Assembly (NCBI GenBank): GCA_963737265.1
Contig: CAVTRY010000011.1
Location: 416,001-480,000 of the forward strand
Source of the DNA: an uncultured delta proteobacterium
GTDB taxonomy: Bacteria > Myxococcota_A > Polyangia > Fen-1088
Length of the DNA: 64,000 nt
Reading direction: 5' to 3'
This document shows positions 60,665 through 64,000 of the stretch, in pieces (position 1 is the first letter of the stretch; the number at the start of each line of letters is the position of its first letter). A program made the translations under genes and the position numbers. The notes beneath the pieces were generated by a model. That model was not told the DNA's origin. It saw nothing but the letters and a program-made list of their open reading frames with translations, and made no database searches.

Positions 60665-61312
60665 TTAACCGGCGGGCGCGAACAGGGCGTCGATCTCCCG
60701 GCACAGGGCAGCAGTGACCGCGTCCTTGGTGGCGCCGCCATCAAGAATGACCGTGGACCAATCTTGCCCCGCCAATGCCCGGTAGTTGGCGGCGACCTTG
60801 GCGAGGAACGAGTCCGCGTCGTAGCGCTCGACTGGACGGCCCGCGGCCTCCCGCCGACGGGCCGCGATTTCAATCGGCAAATCGAGGAGAATCGTCAAAT
60901 CCGGGTGGCGAATGCCACGGGCCAGGCCGGCCACCCATTCGCGATCCGCTTCCTCGGCCTGGTAAGCGAGCGAGGAAAAGAGATAGCGGTCGGAGATTAC
61001 CGTCGCGCCCGCCGCCAATTGAGGCTCGATCTCCCGTTGCAAGTGATCGATTCTGTCGGCCGCGAACAACAAGGCCATGGTACGGCCGGCCATCGCGGCG
61101 CCATTCGGCATGGTCAGCCGTCCCACAAGCGCCTCACGCAAGAGGCGCCCGATCGGGCCGTCGCTGGGCTCCCGGGTGGCGACGGCGAAGTGCCCCAGAC
61201 CTCGTACATATGAGACCGCCCGGTCGAGCTGCGTGGTGGTGCCCGATCCGTCGATTCCTTCGAGAACAATGAACTTACCGCGGGCGCTGGTCACGATGGT
61301 CTCCTTGGACAA
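60665..61312 (-). CDS. tmk: Thymidylate kinase
   Basis: FIVLEGIDGSGTTT, TREP, LLFAADR, DRYLFSSLAYQ. Confidence 0.95.
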   Translation of the reverse strand: MSKETIVTSARGKFIVLEGIDGSGTTTQLDRAVSYVRGLGHFAVATREPSDGPIGRLLREALVGRLTMPNGAAMAGRTMALLFAADRIDHLQREIEPQLAAGATVISDRYLFSSLAYQAEEADREWVAGLARGIRHPDLTILLDLPIEIAARRREAAGRPVERYDADSFLAKVAANYRALAGQDWSTVILDGGATKDAVTAALCREIDALFAPAG

Positions 61313-61315
61313 CTA

Positions 61316-61347
61316 TTACAACCAATCGATTGTTACAACCAATCGAT
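61316..61347. repeat. 15-bp direct repeat (17-bp period) in a divergent intergenic region
   Basis: TTACAACCAATCGAT at 61316 and 61333; internal palindrome CAATCGATTG (61323-61332). Confidence 0.85.
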
Positions 61348-61418
61348 GCCGCTGCCGAGCTCGCTTGTCCTATACTCGATGGCGTTCCACTTACCACCTG
61401 TCACCACCCGGAATCCTC

Positions 61419-62912
61419 GTGCGCCGACCAACAACGCTCTTACTGACACCGCTGCTCCTCACGGCGATATGTGGTTGCAAACGTTCGCCTGGCGCCAAGA
61501 GCAGCCAGCCCCCGGGCGGCGCCGCGCCGGTGCTGCGCGACGCCCTTTGCCTGGAACAGCCGGACGGATGCATCTATTGCACCGGCCGTGACAGCGTGGC
61601 GGCACCGTTCCTGGAAGCCGACCAGTCGCGCCCGACGGTCTGCGATCCCAAGGACGAAGACAACTGCATCGAATTCTGCACCGCGCTTGCACCCGAATGC
61701 GCGCTGCCGTGGTCGTCCAGGCCACGCTGTATTTTTGATTCGGAATTGGAGTTTCAACGGGCCGCCTTCAACCGCGACACGTCAGACCGACCTGAGGTGA
61801 CCGTCACGGGCCGATTGGTCGACGACAGTGGACACCGAATAGAAGGTGCGCACATCGACGTTTGGGTCGCTCGTGGGGCGCAACAAACCGCGCTTGCGCA
61901 AGAGGTTTCCGCCAAGGATGGAACCTTTCGAATCCGCCTGCGCAGTGGACCGTGGACATACTCGTTGCGTTTCAGCAAGCCCGGTTTTGCCAGCGAGATC
62001 ATCGAACGTTTGCCGGCGGAGAAGGTGTCTCCGCCGGTCGGCAACCAGCCCAGAGTCATCCGACTTGGACCGGAAAATTCCATCAAAGGCAGAATTGTCG
62101 ACAGTTCGCCAGCAGCGATACCCGTGAACGACGCCGAAGTATCAGCCGCGCGCGCCTCGGAGGGTGGCGTCGAAAGCAGCAGCGCGCGCACGGGATCCGA
62201 TGGAAGCTTCACCCTCGGCGGCCTGGAAGCGCGCCGCTACTTCCTGCGCATAACGCGATTCGGCTGGCGACCGCTGCTCGTGAAAGGCGTCCAGGCGGGC
62301 CCGGGCGCGCGCGTCTCCATCAAACTCGCGCGAGCCACCGTGATCCGGGGCGTCGTGCGGGACAAGGACGGCGATCCTGAACCCAACGCCACGGTTGCCG
62401 CCGTGTTGTCCGAAATTCCCGGAATTCCGACGACGCCGATCTTCTGGACCACCGACAACACCGGAGCCTTCGCCCAGGATCGCTTCGCGCCAGGAACCTA
62501 CTACCTCTGGGCACGCCGCGGAGACATGCTGGCCTATCCGCCGGAGAAGATCGAATTGATGGATGGTGCCGATGTCGAGGTTTCCATCGTTCTCAAACAA
62601 AAGGGCGCGCGAGTCACGGGCACGGTTGTGCCTCAAGTCGGCTTTCCCATTTCACCCGACGCGCGGGCGCTCCTCATCAGTCGGTCCTCGCCGCTCGCTT
62701 TTCCCCGGCCGGCTGTGGCGGATCTGGACGACAACGATGGCCGCTTCGCCTTTACCGGACTTCTCCCCGGACGCTATGAGCTAAGCGTCCGCGATGGGAC
62801 CAAACCGCTGGCCATCGTTGCTGGACCACGCGAGGTGGAGATTCCCATCGATGCGGATGTGACCGTGCCCCTCAAGGACTCGATCGTGGTTCGGCCACGC
62901 GTATCGGAGTGA
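61419..62912 (+). CDS. Lipoprotein with Cys-rich N-terminus and carboxypeptidase regulatory-like repeats
   Basis: ICGC lipobox; repeated G.V.D..G.P..A.V / DG.F...L.PG.Y modules; GTG start inferred. Confidence 0.8.
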   Translation: MRRPTTLLLTPLLLTAICGCKRSPGAKSSQPPGGAAPVLRDALCLEQPDGCIYCTGRDSVAAPFLEADQSRPTVCDPKDEDNCIEFCTALAPECALPWSSRPRCIFDSELEFQRAAFNRDTSDRPEVTVTGRLVDDSGHRIEGAHIDVWVARGAQQTALAQEVSAKDGTFRIRLRSGPWTYSLRFSKPGFASEIIERLPAEKVSPPVGNQPRVIRLGPENSIKGRIVDSSPAAIPVNDAEVSAARASEGGVESSSARTGSDGSFTLGGLEARRYFLRITRFGWRPLLVKGVQAGPGARVSIKLARATVIRGVVRDKDGDPEPNATVAAVLSEIPGIPTTPIFWTTDNTGAFAQDRFAPGTYYLWARRGDMLAYPPEKIELMDGADVEVSIVLKQKGARVTGTVVPQVGFPISPDARALLISRSSPLAFPRPAVADLDDNDGRFAFTGLLPGRYELSVRDGTKPLAIVAGPREVEIPIDADVTVPLKDSIVVRPRVSE

Positions 62913-62920
62913 GACGCTAG

Positions 62921-63313
62921 CTAGTTTAGGACGCGGAAGCGGTTGAGGCAGTCGTCGAGGACGCGCTGGCTCTCGTTCTCGAAGCCTTCGAAGCGGACTG
63001 CCATTCCAGAAACCGATCGCGTGGCGCCGTTTTGAACGTAGTTGACGAAGTAATGGTTCTTAACTTCGCCCACTGCCACGATTTCGGCTGTCTCCTCCGG
63101 GTTCATGAAGGAAATTCGAACGCGTGCGCCGAGGGGTAGGGGATCGCGCATTTCAAGGAAGATTCCACCGGCCGATACGTTTCGCGCGACGGCGGCCAAC
63201 TCCCCGAAAAGCACGGACTCCACCCGCACCGGGAATACCTTGTCGAAACGAAGGTGCTGGCGCTTCTCACCGCAAGCGTCTTGTCGATTTGACTGTGAAA
63301 TGCCGTGTCTCAT
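62921..63313 (-). CDS. PilZ domain protein
   Basis: KRQHLR and NVSAGG motifs; GMAVRF. Confidence 0.88.
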   Translation of the reverse strand: MRHGISQSNRQDACGEKRQHLRFDKVFPVRVESVLFGELAAVARNVSAGGIFLEMRDPLPLGARVRISFMNPEETAEIVAVGEVKNHYFVNYVQNGATRSVSGMAVRFEGFENESQRVLDDCLNRFRVLN

Positions 63314-63476
63314 ACGTACACGGTACGACATATGGGCAGATGAAGTCAAATTACCTACATAAACCTTCATCAGTTTGGGTCTTCGTCGGGAACGCCATTG
63401 TTGCTTTCAATTAGCGGTTTCATTGAAAAATTGAGGTGGCTCTGTTACGGTGGACGTGCGAGGTTCTGCGCGGCGA

Positions 63477-64000
63477 ATGCTTCCCAACGAACGTACGACG
63501 CGAAATGAAGTCGCTGCGACGCCGGGTGAAGTTGAAGGACTGGTCGTCGCCCCGGATCGCAATTCTGCGCGCCCTCTGGTCGAGTTTCTCCGCTCGGAGG
63601 GAGTCAACGTTCAGGTTGTCAACTCTGCCGACCATGCATTTGAAGAAGCGCTGCTTCACCGGCCCAACGTCGTGCTCATCGACGAGAGCATCACCGGCGC
63701 CGGGGGTGTAGACCTGTGCGAGCGCATCAAGGCCAACTCCCGGACGCACTTTCTGCCTACCATTCTGTTCTCGCGCAGCAAGCAGAGTCCTCTTTTACGC
63801 CTCGACGCCCTGGCCGCGGGCGCGGATGCGATGTTCAGTCCGTCCACGAGCAAGGAAGAACGGCGAGCGCGACTTTGGGCACTGCTCCGCTCGCAGGCAA
63901 TCTTTCGCAAGATCGAGAACAAGCAGCAGGCTCAAGGCACCGCGATCCGTAACAAACGACGTTGGGTGCGCGGCCTGGTTCACGACGTGCAGAATTCCCT
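63477..64000 (+). CDS. Hybrid receiver-histidine kinase, N-terminal part (runs off the window)
   Basis: Open frame: RPNVVLIDE..GVDLCERIK..LAAGAD receiver, then H-box LVHDVQNS. Confidence 0.85.
   Translation, partial: MLPNERTTRNEVAATPGEVEGLVVAPDRNSARPLVEFLRSEGVNVQVVNSADHAFEEALLHRPNVVLIDESITGAGGVDLCERIKANSRTHFLPTILFSRSKQSPLLRLDALAAGADAMFSPSTSKEERRARLWALLRSQAIFRKIENKQQAQGTAIRNKRRWVRGLVHDVQNS

Overview
GC-rich bacterial chromosomal segment, most consistent with Myxococcota (inference from four Hanks-type kinase or kinase-like genes, a sigma54 activator, two PilZ proteins, an AgmX/PglI-like C-terminal domain and a MYXO-CTERM-like tail). Most of it is housekeeping or signalling: mgtA, a CDF transporter, xth, clsB, infA, HtrA, UbiB kinase, rnc, cca, a DEAD-box helicase, acyl-CoA synthetase, polA, yicC-gmk-rel and tmk. 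Features the ORF track misses or misreads: (1) a 5' half tRNA-Leu cut at the anticodon loop (3871-3904, minus) next to an SNF2 helicase + SWIM pair, probably an island junction, which also creates the false 'MAELVDAPD' start; (2) a multi-hairpin element inserted in frame inside that helicase; (3) a 55-aa very basic ORF right after rel; (4) a CX4CH cytochrome lipoprotein / DUF5777-like beta-barrel / Tat-Rieske gene trio; (5) a Tat-DUF362-MYXO-CTERM / DUF6599-like / Mop cluster; (6) several apparently catalytically degenerate proteins (RpiB-PGI fusion, ETF-like pair, Clp with dead D1, pseudokinase, degenerate FHA); (7) two frameshifts and one probable premature stop. No CRISPR array, rRNA, intact tRNA, integrase or transposase was seen. 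All family calls come from reading motifs by eye, without database searches.
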